Below, piece by piece: positions 1 to 11,324 of a stretch of 64,000 nt of DNA. A model generated the notes under the pieces. It ran no database searches. It saw only the letters and a program-made list of their open reading frames with translations, and had not been told where the DNA came from. Source of the stretch: an uncultured Candidatus Rokubacteria bacterium (lineage in GTDB: Bacteria > Methylomirabilota > Methylomirabilia > Rokubacteriales > CSP1-6); contig CAVWWD010000006.1 of assembly GCA_963758635.1 (NCBI GenBank), positions 64,001 through 128,000 of the forward strand, in the 5' to 3' direction. The position numbers and the translations under genes are program-made. How positions within the stretch are numbered: position 1 is the stretch's first letter; every line of letters begins with the position of its first letter.

Positions 1-507
1 GCCGCGGCTCGACACGAGCAGCGGGATGCCGATGTCGGAGCCCGGCCCGTGGCCGAGATGCGAGTTCCAGAGCTGGCGCGTCTGGCCGAGCCGGTCCAGC
101 CGGCCGCCGCCCTGGCCCAGGCCGTAGAAGTGCTGCTCGCCCGAGAACGTGAAACGGGCACGGACCCGCGCGCCGCCCGCGCCGGCGCGCTCGACCGTGG
201 TGCCGCCGTCGGGGGGCTCGCGCAGCAGCCACTCGCCGGTGGCGCCGGCGAAGGTCAGCCGCACGGGGTCGGTTGCCACCTCGACTCGCAGGTCGCTGGT
301 GGAGATGCCGGCCGGCTGGCCGCCGGCGAGGTCAAACGCTGCCGGCGCCCACGTCCGCCGGCCCACGAACGAAGTCTCGGCGGGCGGGCTCGCCCCGACG
401 GACACGCGGACGATGCGCGGGGTGCAGACCGTGAGTACGGGCGACGCCGCGCCCGGAAGGTGAACGCTCGCATCACGACGCTCGAGACGGAAATGGTCGG
501 CAGGCAT
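1..507 (-). CDS. Glycoside hydrolase family 31 (alpha-glucosidase/xylosidase-like), N-terminal part, runs off window
   Basis: Manual translation from ATG 507: ...FSGEQHFYGLGQGGGRLDRLGQTRQLWNSH...IGIPLLVSSRG, typical GH31 N-terminal region; absent from ORF track because no stop lies in the window. Confidence 0.75.
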   Translation of the reverse strand, partial: MPADHFRLERRDASVHLPGAASPVLTVCTPRIVRVSVGASPPAETSFVGRRTWAPAAFDLAGGQPAGISTSDLRVEVATDPVRLTFAGATGEWLLREPPDGGTTVERAGAGGARVRARFTFSGEQHFYGLGQGGGRLDRLGQTRQLWNSHLGHGPGSDIGIPLLVSSRG

Positions 508-514
508 GGAGCGC

Positions 515-520
515 AGTATA
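515..520 (-). promoter_or_regulatory. -10 box TATACT 7 nt upstream of GH31 ATG (leaderless-type)
   Basis: Minus strand reads TATACT-gcgctcc-ATG; no SD. Confidence 0.55.
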
Positions 521-585
521 GGCGACGCGCCCCGCACGCAACACCGGGGTCAGACCCCGACGTTGCGAGTTTTCTCTCCCGCTCG

Positions 586-1182
586 CTAGGTCAGGATGAG
601 CGCGATCGACAGCGCGAGGAGCACGCCCATGGCCACGTTGAACGCGCGCCGGCGGCGGGGGCTCCGCAGGAGGCGCTGCGCCCCGGCGCCGAAGGCTAGC
701 CAGACGAAGCCGCTCGGTAGCGCGGCCAGCACGAACAGCCCCGCGAGGAGGCTGGCCTGCGTCGCGGCGCTCCCCGCCCCCGCGTGGAGGAAGGTGCCCG
801 CGGCGCTGGCCGCGACCAGCCACGCCTTCGGGTTGACCCACTGGAGGAAGGCGGCGCCCGCGTACCCGACCGGGCGGCCGGCGCCGGCCGGCTCGTCGCC
901 GCGCGCCGTCGCGATCTTCCAGGCGAGCCAGAGCAGGAACGCGGCGCCGCCCCAGTTGAGGGCCTTGAGCGCCAGCGGGCTCGCGAGCACGAGGCTGCCG
1001 AGGCCCAGCGGCACGAGGAGCATCATGACGCCCATGCCGGTGGCGGCGCCGAGAAGGCAGGGAATCCCGCGGGCCACGCCGACGGCGGCGCCGGTCGCGG
1101 TCAGCATCACGTTGCTGGGCCCAGGGGTGACCGCGGCCACCACGGCGAACAGAAGGAAGGCGACGATCTCTCCGGTAGTCGT
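586..1182 (-). CDS. LysE/RhtB family amino-acid exporter
   Basis: TPGPSN motif, QWVNPKAW, hydrophobic helices; start extended to ACG at 1182 behind GGAGGT (track start GTG 1143). Confidence 0.85.
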   Translation of the reverse strand, partial: TTTGEIVAFLLFAVVAAVTPGPSNVMLTATGAAVGVARGIPCLLGAATGMGVMMLLVPLGLGSLVLASPLALKALNWGGAAFLLWLAWKIATARGDEPAGAGRPVGYAGAAFLQWVNPKAWLVAASAAGTFLHAGAGSAATQASLLAGLFVLAALPSGFVWLAFGAGAQRLLRSPRRRRAFNVAMGVLLALSIALILT

Positions 1183-1367
1183 ACTCTACCTCCACCGAAG
1201 CGGCGCCCCGGGGGCCGCCGCGGGATGGACCCCCATGCACGACAAGGAAGCCAGATCGGGCGGCGTCGGTCTTGAACGATCTTACGACCTCGCGCGACAG
1301 CTCAGGGCCGGCCGGGCGCCACGGAGGCCGGCCCGCGCGACGGCCTCGCGGGAAAGGACCCGCGGCG

Positions 1368-2654
1368 ATGGATGAGTTCGTCATCGAGGGCCGGGCGCCG
1401 CTCCGCGGCGTCGTCACGGCGAGCGGCAACAAGAACGCCGCGTTCCCGCTGATCAGCGCGGCGCTCCTCACCGACGAGCCGGTGCGTCTCCGGAACCTGC
1501 CAGACATCGCGGACGTCCGCACCATGCTGAGCCTGGTGGAGAGCCTGGGCGTGGAGGTCGACCGCCACGACGCCCACACCGTGACGCTCCGCGCCGGCCG
1601 CATCACCACCACCTGCCCCGACGCCGAATTGCTGCGCCGGGTGCGGGGCGGCGTCGTCCTCACCGGGCCCCTGCTCGCGCGCGAGGGCGAGGCGCGGCTC
1701 GGGCACGCCGGGGGCGATCAGATCGGCCGCCGCCGGATCGACACCCACGTGCTCGGCCTTGCCGCGCTGGGCGCGACGGTCTCCGTCGAGGATCAGATCG
1801 TGCTGCGCGGCCGGCCGCTGCGCGGCGCGGACATCCTGCTCGACGAGGCGAGCGTGACCGCCACCGAGAACGTGGTGCTCGCCGCCGTGCTCGCCGAGGG
1901 GACCACGGTGCTGCAGAACGCGGCGTGCGAGCCCCACGTCCAGGAGACGTGCCAGCTCCTCACCGCCATGGGCGCGCGCATCGAGGGCATCGGCTCGAAC
2001 CTGCTCCGCATCCACAGCGTGCCGCGCCTTCACGGCGCCGAGTTCACCCTCGGGCCCGACTTCATGGAGGTCGGGAGCTTCGTGGCGCTGGCCGCCGCGG
2101 TCGGCGGCGAGATCACCATCGCGAAGGCCGGCGTCCCGCACATGCGCATGGCGCTCTCCGTGTTCCGCCGCCTCGGCGTCGAGGTCCGCGCCGACGGCGA
2201 CGACCTGATCGTGCCCGGCGGCCAGACCCTCGCCGTCACCGCCGACTACGGCAACGCCATCCCGCGCATCGACGACGGGCCGTGGCCGGCGTTCCCCGCC
2301 GACCTCATGAGCGTGGCCCTCGTGACCGCCACCCAGGCCGCGGGCACCGTCCTCTTCCACGAGAAGATGTACGAGAGCCGCATGTTCTTCGTGGACCGGC
2401 TCATCGGCATGGGCGCGCGCGTCGTGCTCTGCGACCCGCACCGCGCGCTCGTCCACGGCCCGAGCCGGCTGCACGGCGAGCCGCTCGGCATCCCGAGCCC
2501 CGACATCCGCGCCGGCATCGCGCTGGTCATCGCCGCGCTCTGCGCGGAGGGCCGCACGGTGATCCGGAGCGTGGAGCAGATCGACCGCGGCTACGAGGAC
2601 ATCGACGGCAAGCTCCAGGCCCTGGGCGCGCGCATCCGCCGGGTGCACGCGTAG
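1368..2654 (+). CDS. murA: UDP-N-acetylglucosamine 1-carboxyvinyltransferase (Cys115-to-Asp type)
   Basis: GNKNAA, GGDQIGRRRIDTH, ASVTATEN, AACEPH, PWPAFPADL, PDIRAG, IDRGYE motifs. Confidence 0.95.
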   Translation: MDEFVIEGRAPLRGVVTASGNKNAAFPLISAALLTDEPVRLRNLPDIADVRTMLSLVESLGVEVDRHDAHTVTLRAGRITTTCPDAELLRRVRGGVVLTGPLLAREGEARLGHAGGDQIGRRRIDTHVLGLAALGATVSVEDQIVLRGRPLRGADILLDEASVTATENVVLAAVLAEGTTVLQNAACEPHVQETCQLLTAMGARIEGIGSNLLRIHSVPRLHGAEFTLGPDFMEVGSFVALAAAVGGEITIAKAGVPHMRMALSVFRRLGVEVRADGDDLIVPGGQTLAVTADYGNAIPRIDDGPWPAFPADLMSVALVTATQAAGTVLFHEKMYESRMFFVDRLIGMGARVVLCDPHRALVHGPSRLHGEPLGIPSPDIRAGIALVIAALCAEGRTVIRSVEQIDRGYEDIDGKLQALGARIRRVHA

Positions 2655-2683
2655 CGCCCGGTCCGCTCGGCCCCGCGACGCCC

Positions 2684-3958
2684 GTGTCCGCCCCCGACTC
2701 CCGCGCCGATGCGCCCCGCGCCCGGAGCCTCTGGCGCCATCCGGGGTTCCTGCGCCTCTGGGCGGCGTCCGCGGTGTCGGACGTTGGCTCCCAGGTGACG
2801 ATGGTGGCGCTGCCCCTGGTCGCCGCCCTCTCCCTCGGCGCCACCCCGTGGCAGATGGGCCTCCTCTCCGCCGCGGGGTCCGCGCCGATCCTGCTCGTGG
2901 GGCTCTTCGCCGGCGTGTGGGTCGATCGCCTGCCGCGACGGCCGATCATGGTCGCGGCGGATGTCGGGCGCGCGGCGATCCTCTTGCTGATCCCCGCGGC
3001 CACGCTCACCGGATCGCTCCGGATGGAGCTCCTCTACGTGGTGGCGCTCGGCACCGGCGCCCTCGGCGTGGTCTTCGACGTGGCGTACCTGTCGCTGATG
3101 CCGTCGCTCGTCGCCCGCGAGGAGCTGGTCGAGGCCAACGGCAAGATCGAGACCACCTCCGCGTCGGCGCAGGTGGTGGGGCCCGGGCTCGCCGGCGCGC
3201 TGGTGGGCACGCTCGGCGCGGCGGTGGCCGTGCTCGTGGACGCGCTCTCGTTCCTGGTCTCCGCGCTCTTCCTCCGCGGCATCCGGCTCGCGGAGCGGAC
3301 CGCGCCCGCCTCCGGCGACCGCCCCGGCGTGATGACGGAGATCGCCGAGGGCCTCCGCACGGTGGCCGCCCACCGGGTGCTCCGCGTGCTCGCGGGCTGC
3401 TCGGCCACGACCAACCTGTTCGGCCGCATGTTCCTCGCCGTGTACGTCCTGTTCATGACGCGCGACCTCGGGCTCGACTCGCTCGGCGTGGGCCTCGTGT
3501 TCGCCACCGGCGGCGTGGGCGCGCTCGCCGGCTCGCTCGTGACGGGCCCGGTCACGCGGCGGCTCGGCCCCGGGGCCACCATGATCTGGGCCCAGCTCGT
3601 CTTCGGGGTGACGGGGCTCGCGGTGCCGCTCGCCGTGCTCGTGCCGCGGCTGGCCCTGCCCCTCGTGGTGGGGTCGGAGTTCACCCAGTGGATGGCGATC
3701 GTCGTGTACTACGTCGGCGCGGTGAGCGTGCGCCAGGCGCTGGTGCCCGATCGGCTGCGCGGCCGTGTCAACGCCACCATGCGCGTCGTGGCGGGCGGCG
3801 CGATGCCGATCGGCGCCCTCATGGGCGGCGCCCTCGGCGGGGTGATCGGGCTTCCCCTCACGCTGGTCGTCGCGGAGCTCGGCCTCCTCCTCGGGTTCGT
3901 GTGGCTGGTGCTGTCGCCGGTGCGGCGGCTCTCCGCCCTGCCCCCGAGCGCGCCATGA
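2684..3958 (+). CDS. MFS transporter (DHA3/EntS-like)
   Basis: FLRLWAASAVSDVGSQ, GVWVDRLPRR, VPDRLRGRV and many TM segments; start GTG 2684 within ORF 1925..3958. Confidence 0.85.
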   Translation: MSAPDSRADAPRARSLWRHPGFLRLWAASAVSDVGSQVTMVALPLVAALSLGATPWQMGLLSAAGSAPILLVGLFAGVWVDRLPRRPIMVAADVGRAAILLLIPAATLTGSLRMELLYVVALGTGALGVVFDVAYLSLMPSLVAREELVEANGKIETTSASAQVVGPGLAGALVGTLGAAVAVLVDALSFLVSALFLRGIRLAERTAPASGDRPGVMTEIAEGLRTVAAHRVLRVLAGCSATTNLFGRMFLAVYVLFMTRDLGLDSLGVGLVFATGGVGALAGSLVTGPVTRRLGPGATMIWAQLVFGVTGLAVPLAVLVPRLALPLVVGSEFTQWMAIVVYYVGAVSVRQALVPDRLRGRVNATMRVVAGGAMPIGALMGGALGGVIGLPLTLVVAELGLLLGFVWLVLSPVRRLSALPPSAP

Positions 3959-4112
3959 GCCGATTGCGCTCGCACGCGACGGGAGTCGGGACCGCGCCTC
4001 GCGGGAATTCGCTGGTGACGTCCAGCCCGGGCGCGGGATACCATGCGGCCCGCACGAGACCGGCGCGGATCGCTCGCCGGCCCCCACCACGCAACGCGAA
4101 GGAGACGCTATC

Positions 4113-5347
4113 GTGAGCGACGCGAGCGGGCCAAGGACGGGCGCGGCCCCCGGGACGACGCCGGCGCGGTTCCTCGGGGACGACGCGTACGACTTCTCGG
4201 TGGTCCTCGGCGGGCCGCTGTTCCAGATGATCCGGCGGGCGCATCTCACCGGCGACGCGCTCGAGCTCCTGCGCCGGCGGATCGTCGCGATCTCGATGTT
4301 CGTGTGGCTGCCGCTGCTCGTCCTCTCCGCGCTGAGCGGCAAGGCGTGGGGGGACGCGGTCAGCGTGCCCTTCCTGAAGGACATCGAGCTGCACATCCGC
4401 TTCCTCGTCGTCATCCCGTTCCTCATCGTCGCGGAGCTGGTGGTCCACCAGCGGATGCGCCCCCTCGCCCGGCAGTTCCTGGAGCGCGGGCTCATCGCCG
4501 ACGCGTCCCGGGAGCGCTTCGACGCGGCGGTGGCCTCGACGCTCCGGCTGCGGAACTCGGTGACGGCCGAGGTGATCCTCATCGTCATCGTGTACGCGGT
4601 CGGCATCCTGTACCTCTGGCCGAACTACATCGCGCTCCACGTGTCGGCCTGGTACGGCGCGCCGGGGGACGCCGGCCGCACCCTCACCCCGGCCGGCTGG
4701 TGGTTCCTCTGCGTCAGCATGCCGCTCTTCTACTTCATGCTCATGCGCTGGTACTACCGGCTGGTCCTCTGGATCCGCTTCCTCTGGCTGGTGTCGCGAT
4801 GCGAGCTCCGGCTGGTGCCCACGCACCCCGATCGCGCGGCCGGGCTCGGGTTCCTCTCCGGCACCGTGGTCGCGTTCGCGCCGCTCCTGATGGCCCACGG
4901 GGCGCTCCTCGCGGGGAATCTCGCCAACCGGATCTTCTTCGAGGGCAAGCAGCTCCCGGACTTCAAGGTGGAGATCGCCATCGTCCCCGTGTTCCTCCTG
5001 ATCTTCGTCCTCGGGCCCCTGCTGCTGTTCGTGCCCCGGCTCGCCGCGACCCGGCGCGTCGGCCTGCGCGAGTACGGCGTGCTCGCCCAGCGCTACGTGC
5101 GCGAGTTCGACGACAAGTGGCTCCGCGGCGGCGCCCCGCGCGACGAGGTGTTCGTGGGCAGCGCGGACGTCCAGTCCCTCGCCGACCTCGGGAACAGCTT
5201 CCAGCTCGTCCAGGGCCTGCGCGTGGTGCCGTTCTCGAAGGAGACCGTGGTCCAGCTCGCCGTGATCACGCTCCTGCCCGTCACGCCGCTCCTCCTCACG
5301 ATGGTGTCGCTCGAGGAGCTGGTGAAGCAGCTCCTGCGCATCGTGCT

Positions 5348-5351
<4 letters not shown>
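4113..5351 (+). CDS. Uncharacterised multi-pass membrane protein
   Basis: 412-aa ORF with multiple TM helices, LVPTHPDRAAGLGFL segment; stop overlaps cydA start (GTGA). Confidence 0.75.
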
Positions 5352-6711
<1,360 letters not shown>

Positions 6712-6719
<8 letters not shown>

Positions 6720-7762
6720 GCTCTGGTACGCGATCGCCGCGCTGATCGCTCGCCGCTCTACGTCGTGCTCGACGGCTTCGACCTCGGCGCGGGCAGCCTC
6801 TCGCCTGTTCGTCGCGCACACCGACGGGAGCGCCGGCAGGTGCTGGCGGCCATCGGCCCCTACTGGGACGGCAACGAGGTGTGGCTCCTCGCCGCGGGCG
6901 GCATCCTCTTCGTCGCCTTTCCGCGCGTGCTCGCCTCCGGGTTCTCCGGGTTCTACTTCGCGATCATCCTGGTGCTCTGGTGCCTGCTCGTGCCGCGGCA
7001 TCGCGATCGAGTTCCGGAGCCATCTGCCCGACCCGCTGTGGCGCGCGGCATGGGACTTCGTGTTCGCCACGGCGAGCTCGCTCCTCGCCGTGTTCTTCGG
7101 CGCCGCCTTCGGCAACCTCATGCGCGGCGTCCCGCTGGACGCGCGACGGGTGGTTCAGCCTCGCGCTCTTCACCGACTTCACCGCCCGCGACCCGGTCGG
7201 CATCCTCGACTGGTACACGATCCTCACCGGCGTGTTCGCCCTCGTCGCGCTGGCCGCGCACGGCGCGCTGTTCCTCGCGTGGAAGACCGACGGTCCGGTG
7301 CACGAGCGGAGCCGGCGGGCGGCGCGCCGCCTCTGGGTCGCGGTCGCCGTGCTGTGGCCGGTGGTGACGGCGGCGAGCCACCTCGTGAACCCGTCGCTCT
7401 TCCTCGGCATGGGCCGGCGCGGGCTCGCCGCGCTCGCGGCCGTCCTTGCCGTGGCGGGAGATCGTGACCGTCTTCCTGCGCCTGACGCGCGGGGCCTTCC
7501 TCGGTGCGTTCGCGGGGTCGTGCGTCTTCCTGCTCGGCGTCATCGGAGCGAGCGCCGCCTCGTTCTTCCCGGTCATGCTGCGGGCCACCGGCGGCGACGC
7601 GCTGTCCATCACGGCGTACACGGCCGGCGGCGACGAGGCCGGCCTCCGCATCGCGCTCCGCTGGTTCGTCATCGGGGCCCCGCTCGCCCTCACCTATCTC
7701 GGCGTGGTGCTCTGGCTCCATGGCGGCAAGGCCGTCGCCGCCCGCGACGGCGAAGGATATAA
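6712..7762 (+). CDS. cydB: Cytochrome bd ubiquinol oxidase subunit II, multiply frameshifted
   Basis: MVELWY, LDGFDLGAG, IGPYWDGNEVWL, RGIAIEFR, GAAFGNL; end approximate. Confidence 0.88.
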
Positions 7763-7880
7763 TCTCGGCGGGGGGCTTCGCCCCCCTCCGACGGTAGTCG
7801 CGCGCCTGACGGCGCGCTCCTCCCTGCCTCCCCGCAGGACAGGTTGCGCGGGCGAAGCCCGCGCTCGAAGCTTCGAACTT
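7761..7880. repeat. Multi-hairpin REP/MITE-like intergenic element
   Basis: Stems GGGGGGC-ttc-GCCCCCC, GCGCGCC-tgac-GGCGCGC, GCGCGGGC-gaa-GCCCGCGC and palindrome TCGAAGCTTCGA in 120 bp. Confidence 0.55.
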
Positions 7881-7902
7881 TGCCCGGGAGGCCCTGGAGC
7901 TC

Positions 7903-8390
7903 TCAGCGGGCGCGCGGGCGCGAGAGGCGATCTGCGAGGGCGCGCGGGCCGGGGTTGCCGGGCGAGAGCGCGGCGAGCCGCTCGGCGTAGCGCGCGGCCG
8001 CGCGCGTGTCCCCCCGCTCCTCGAGGTACGCCACGAGCGCGGTGAGCACGTCGCGGCTGGCCGGGCGGCGCCGTTCGGCGCCCTCGAGCACCGTGATCGC
8101 CTTCCGCGGCTCGCCCGTGTCGTGGAGCGCCACCGCGTACACGTACGCGAAGCGCGACGACTCGGGCCGGCCGGCGGCGGCGCGGCGCAGGAGCTCGACG
8201 CCCTCGCCCCGCCGTCCCTGGCGCGTGCGGAGCAGGCCGAGGGCATGGAGGGCCTCCGGGCCGTCGGGCGCCGCCTGGAGCGCGCGGTCCAGGGCCTGCT
8301 CGCCATCGACATCCCGCCCCAGCGCCCGGTACAGGTCGGCCTAATTCACGAGCGCGGGAACGAACCGCGGATCGATCGCGAGCGCGGCTA
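7903..8390 (-). pseudogene. 5'-truncated TPR-protein remnant with in-frame TAG
   Basis: LAIDPRFVPALVN*ADLYRALGRDVDGEQAL...HALGLLRTRQGR...YVYAVALHDTG; no start or N-terminal region upstream. Confidence 0.7.
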
Positions 8391-8565
8391 GCCGTGCGCG
8401 ATGGAGGGGATCAAGCGGTCCGGTGGCGACGGCCTGTCATACCCCCTGGACGAACTCGCGCCACGCCAGGGCTTGCACACCGGGAGCCACGGCCCGCAGG
8501 TGGCGCTCGGCGGCGGATAAGAACCCTAAAGTGTTACTTAAGAATTCTCAATCCCCAAGATCTCA

Positions 8566-8597
8566 GGGCGACGGGTTTGCGAAGCCCGTCGTTGCCC
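8566..8597. other. GC hairpin next to an AT-rich patch, downstream of glk (possible terminator)
   Basis: GGGCGACGGGTTT-gcg-AAGCCCGTCGTTGCCC; no clear U-tract. Confidence 0.35.
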
Positions 8598-8653
8598 GCT
8601 TCGACCTGCCGCACGCCAGCAAGCGACGGTGGCTCGGCGCGCGCGGCGCGAGC

Positions 8654-9676
8654 TTACAGGGCGCCGGGAGCGAGGAGGCCGTCGCGCACGGCGGCGCAGC
8701 GGGCGGCCCCGAAAAGCGCGGTGCGGTCGTTGACGATCACGCGGACGGAGATGGCGGCGAGGAGGTCGGCGAGCCGGCCCTTGGCCGTGAACGCCTCCAT
8801 GAAGGTCCCCGCGGTGATCCGCGCGATGATCTTCGGCGCGATGCCGCCGCCGACGTAGAGGCCGGCCGTGGCCATGACCTTGAGCGCGAGGTTCCCCGCC
8901 TCCGCGCCGTAGGCGGAGACGAACAGGTCGAGCGCGCGGTCGCACAGCTCGCTCCGTCCGGCGAGGGCCGCCTCGGCGATGGCCGCGGACGGATCGCCCG
9001 CCGCCATGGCCTCCCGCAGCCACGGCGGCTCGGACCCGCGCCCCGTGTCCCGCATGAACTCGTAGATGTTCAGCAGGCCCGGCCCGGAGACCACCCGCTC
9101 CCAGCTCACGTGGGCGCCGAAGCGCGCGCGGAGGTGGCGGAGCAGGTCGATCTCGACGTCGGAGTGGGGCGCGTAGTCCGCGTGCCCGCCCTCGCAGGCG
9201 AACGGATGATGGTGACGCCCGTCCCAGTACATCCCCGCCTCGCCGAGTCCCGTGCCCGCGGAGATGATCCCCGCGTTGCCCCGCGCGCCCGCGTCGCCCG
9301 GGTTGAGCACGACCCAGTCCTCGGGCGTGAGGGTGAAGATGCCGTGGGAGTTGGCCTCGAGGTCGTTGATCAGGTCCACGCGGGCCAGGCCCAGCTCGCG
9401 CGCGAGGGTGTCGGCGTCCACGTCCCACGCCAGGTTCGGCGTCTCCACGTGACGGCCGATGACCGGGCCGGCCACGCCGACGCACGCACGCTCCACGGCG
9501 TGGCCGTGCGCGTCGAGGAAGCGCCGGACGATGGGCGCCAGGCCGGCGTGCTCCCGGCTCGCGAACCGCTCGCCGGCCACGAGGCTCAGGCGTCCGCCCG
9601 TCACCTCGAAGAGGCCGAGCCGGGTCGAGGTCCCCCCGATGTCCCCGGCCAGGAACACGCCGCGGCCCGCCGTCAT
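8654..9676 (-). CDS. glk: Glucokinase
   Basis: GDIGGTSTRL, LINDLEA, AGTGLGEA, EGGH, GGGIAPKI. Confidence 0.93.
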   Translation of the reverse strand: MTAGRGVFLAGDIGGTSTRLGLFEVTGGRLSLVAGERFASREHAGLAPIVRRFLDAHGHAVERACVGVAGPVIGRHVETPNLAWDVDADTLARELGLARVDLINDLEANSHGIFTLTPEDWVVLNPGDAGARGNAGIISAGTGLGEAGMYWDGRHHHPFACEGGHADYAPHSDVEIDLLRHLRARFGAHVSWERVVSGPGLLNIYEFMRDTGRGSEPPWLREAMAAGDPSAAIAEAALAGRSELCDRALDLFVSAYGAEAGNLALKVMATAGLYVGGGIAPKIIARITAGTFMEAFTAKGRLADLLAAISVRVIVNDRTALFGAARCAAVRDGLLAPGAL

Positions 9677-9680
9677 GCGA

Positions 9681-11322
9681 TCAGGAGGATCGGGCGCGGC
9701 CCGCGCGGTAGCGGCGGATCAGGGCGTTGGTCGAGCTGTCGTGGCCCAGGCGATCGGCGGCGCCGGCCTCGAGCTCGCCGGCGATGCGGCCGGCGAGCGC
9801 CTTGCCCAGCTCGACGCCCCACTGGTCGAAGGAGTTGATGCTCCAGAGCGCGCCCTGGACGAACACGCTGTGCTCGTAGAGGGCCACGAGCGCGCCGAGG
9901 GCCGCCGGCGTCAGGCGGTCGAGCAGGATCGTGTTCGACGGCCGGTTGCCCGGGAACACGCGGTGCGGGACCAGCCGCGCCGGCGTGCCCTCGGCCTCGA
10001 CCTCCTCGCGCGTCTTGCCGAAGGCGAGCGCCTCGGCCTGGGCGAACACGTTGGCCATCAGGAGGTCGTGGTGACGGCCGAGCGGGTTCAGGCTCCGGGC
10101 GAAGCCGATGAAGTCGCACGGGACGAGCCGCGTGCCCTGGTGGATGAGCTGGTAGAACGAGTGCTGGCCGTTGGTGCCGGGCTCGCCCCAGTAGATGGCG
10201 CCGGTGTCGTGGTCGACGGGCGCCCCGTCGACGGTCACGCGCTTGCCGTTGGACTCCATCGTGAGCTGCTGGAGGTACGCGGGGAAGCGCTTGAGGTACT
10301 GGTCGTACGGCAGCACCGCCACCGTCTCCGCCCCGAAGAAGTCCGTGTACCAGAGGGCGAGGAGCCCCATGATCACGGGCAGGTTCCGGTCGAACGGCGC
10401 GGCGCGGAAGTGCTCGTCCATCGCGCGGAAGCCCGCGAGCATGTCGCGGAACGCGTCGGGCCCGACGGCGATCATCGTCGACAGGCCGATCGCCGAGTCC
10501 ATGGAATAGCGGCCGCCCACCCAGTCCCAGAACCCGAACATGTTCGCGGGATCGATCCCGAACTTCGTCACCTCGCCGGCGTTGGTGGACACGGCCACGA
10601 AGTGCCGGGCCGTGGCCCGCGGGTCGCCGAGCGCGGCGAGGCACCAGTCGCGCGCGCTCTGCGCGTTGGTCATGGTCTCGATCGTGGTGAACGTCTTCGA
10701 GGCCACGATGAACAGCGTCTCGGCGGGATCGAGGTCGCGCACGGCCTCGGCGAGGTCGGTGGCGTCCACGTTCGAGACGAACCGGAAGGTCATGCTCCGC
10801 TCGCTGTGATGACGGAGCGCCTCGTAGGCCATGACCGGGCCCAGGTCGGATCCGCCGATCCCGATGTTGACGACGTTCCGGATCCGCCGCCCCGTGTGCC
10901 CCGTCCACGCGCCGCTGCGCACGCGGGCGGAGAAGTCCGCCATCCGGTCGAGGACCTCGTGGACGTCCGGCACGACGTCGCGCCCGTCCACCACGATGGA
11001 CTCGCCGCGCGGGGCGCGGAGCGCCACGTGGAGCACGGCGCGGTCCTCGGTGACGTTGATGCGGTCGCCGCGGAACATGGCGTCGATCCGCGCGCGGAGC
11101 CCCACCGCCTCGGCGAGGGCGCGCAGGAGGCGCAGGGTCTCGTCGGTGACGCGGTTCTTCGAGTAGTCCAGGTAGACGCCGGCCGGCCTCGGCGACGAGC
11201 CGCTCGCCGCGCGTGCCGTCCTGGGCGAAGAGCTCGCGGAGGTGGACGTGGCGGAGCTTCTCGTGGTGCGCGCGGAGCGCGCTCCACTCCGGCCGCGCGG
11301 TGAGCCCGGTGGCGCCCGACAC
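9681..11322 (-). CDS. pgi: Glucose-6-phosphate isomerase, one frameshift near 11185
   Basis: [43 protein letters not shown]-terminus (LRELFAQD) lies in another frame. Confidence 0.93.
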
Positions 11323-11324
11323 GG

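Noticed and set aside
8341..8343. In-frame TAG as pyrrolysine or readthrough
   Set aside because: Gene is also 5'-truncated and the position fits a Leu-to-stop change.
8566..8597. Riboswitch (e.g. c-di-GMP-I)
   Set aside because: Only one hairpin; the paired tetraloop/receptor architecture is not evident and no intact gene follows.
11170..11200. Programmed frameshifting in pgi and other split genes
   Set aside because: No slippery heptamers seen and the families are not known to recode; sequencing indels are more likely.
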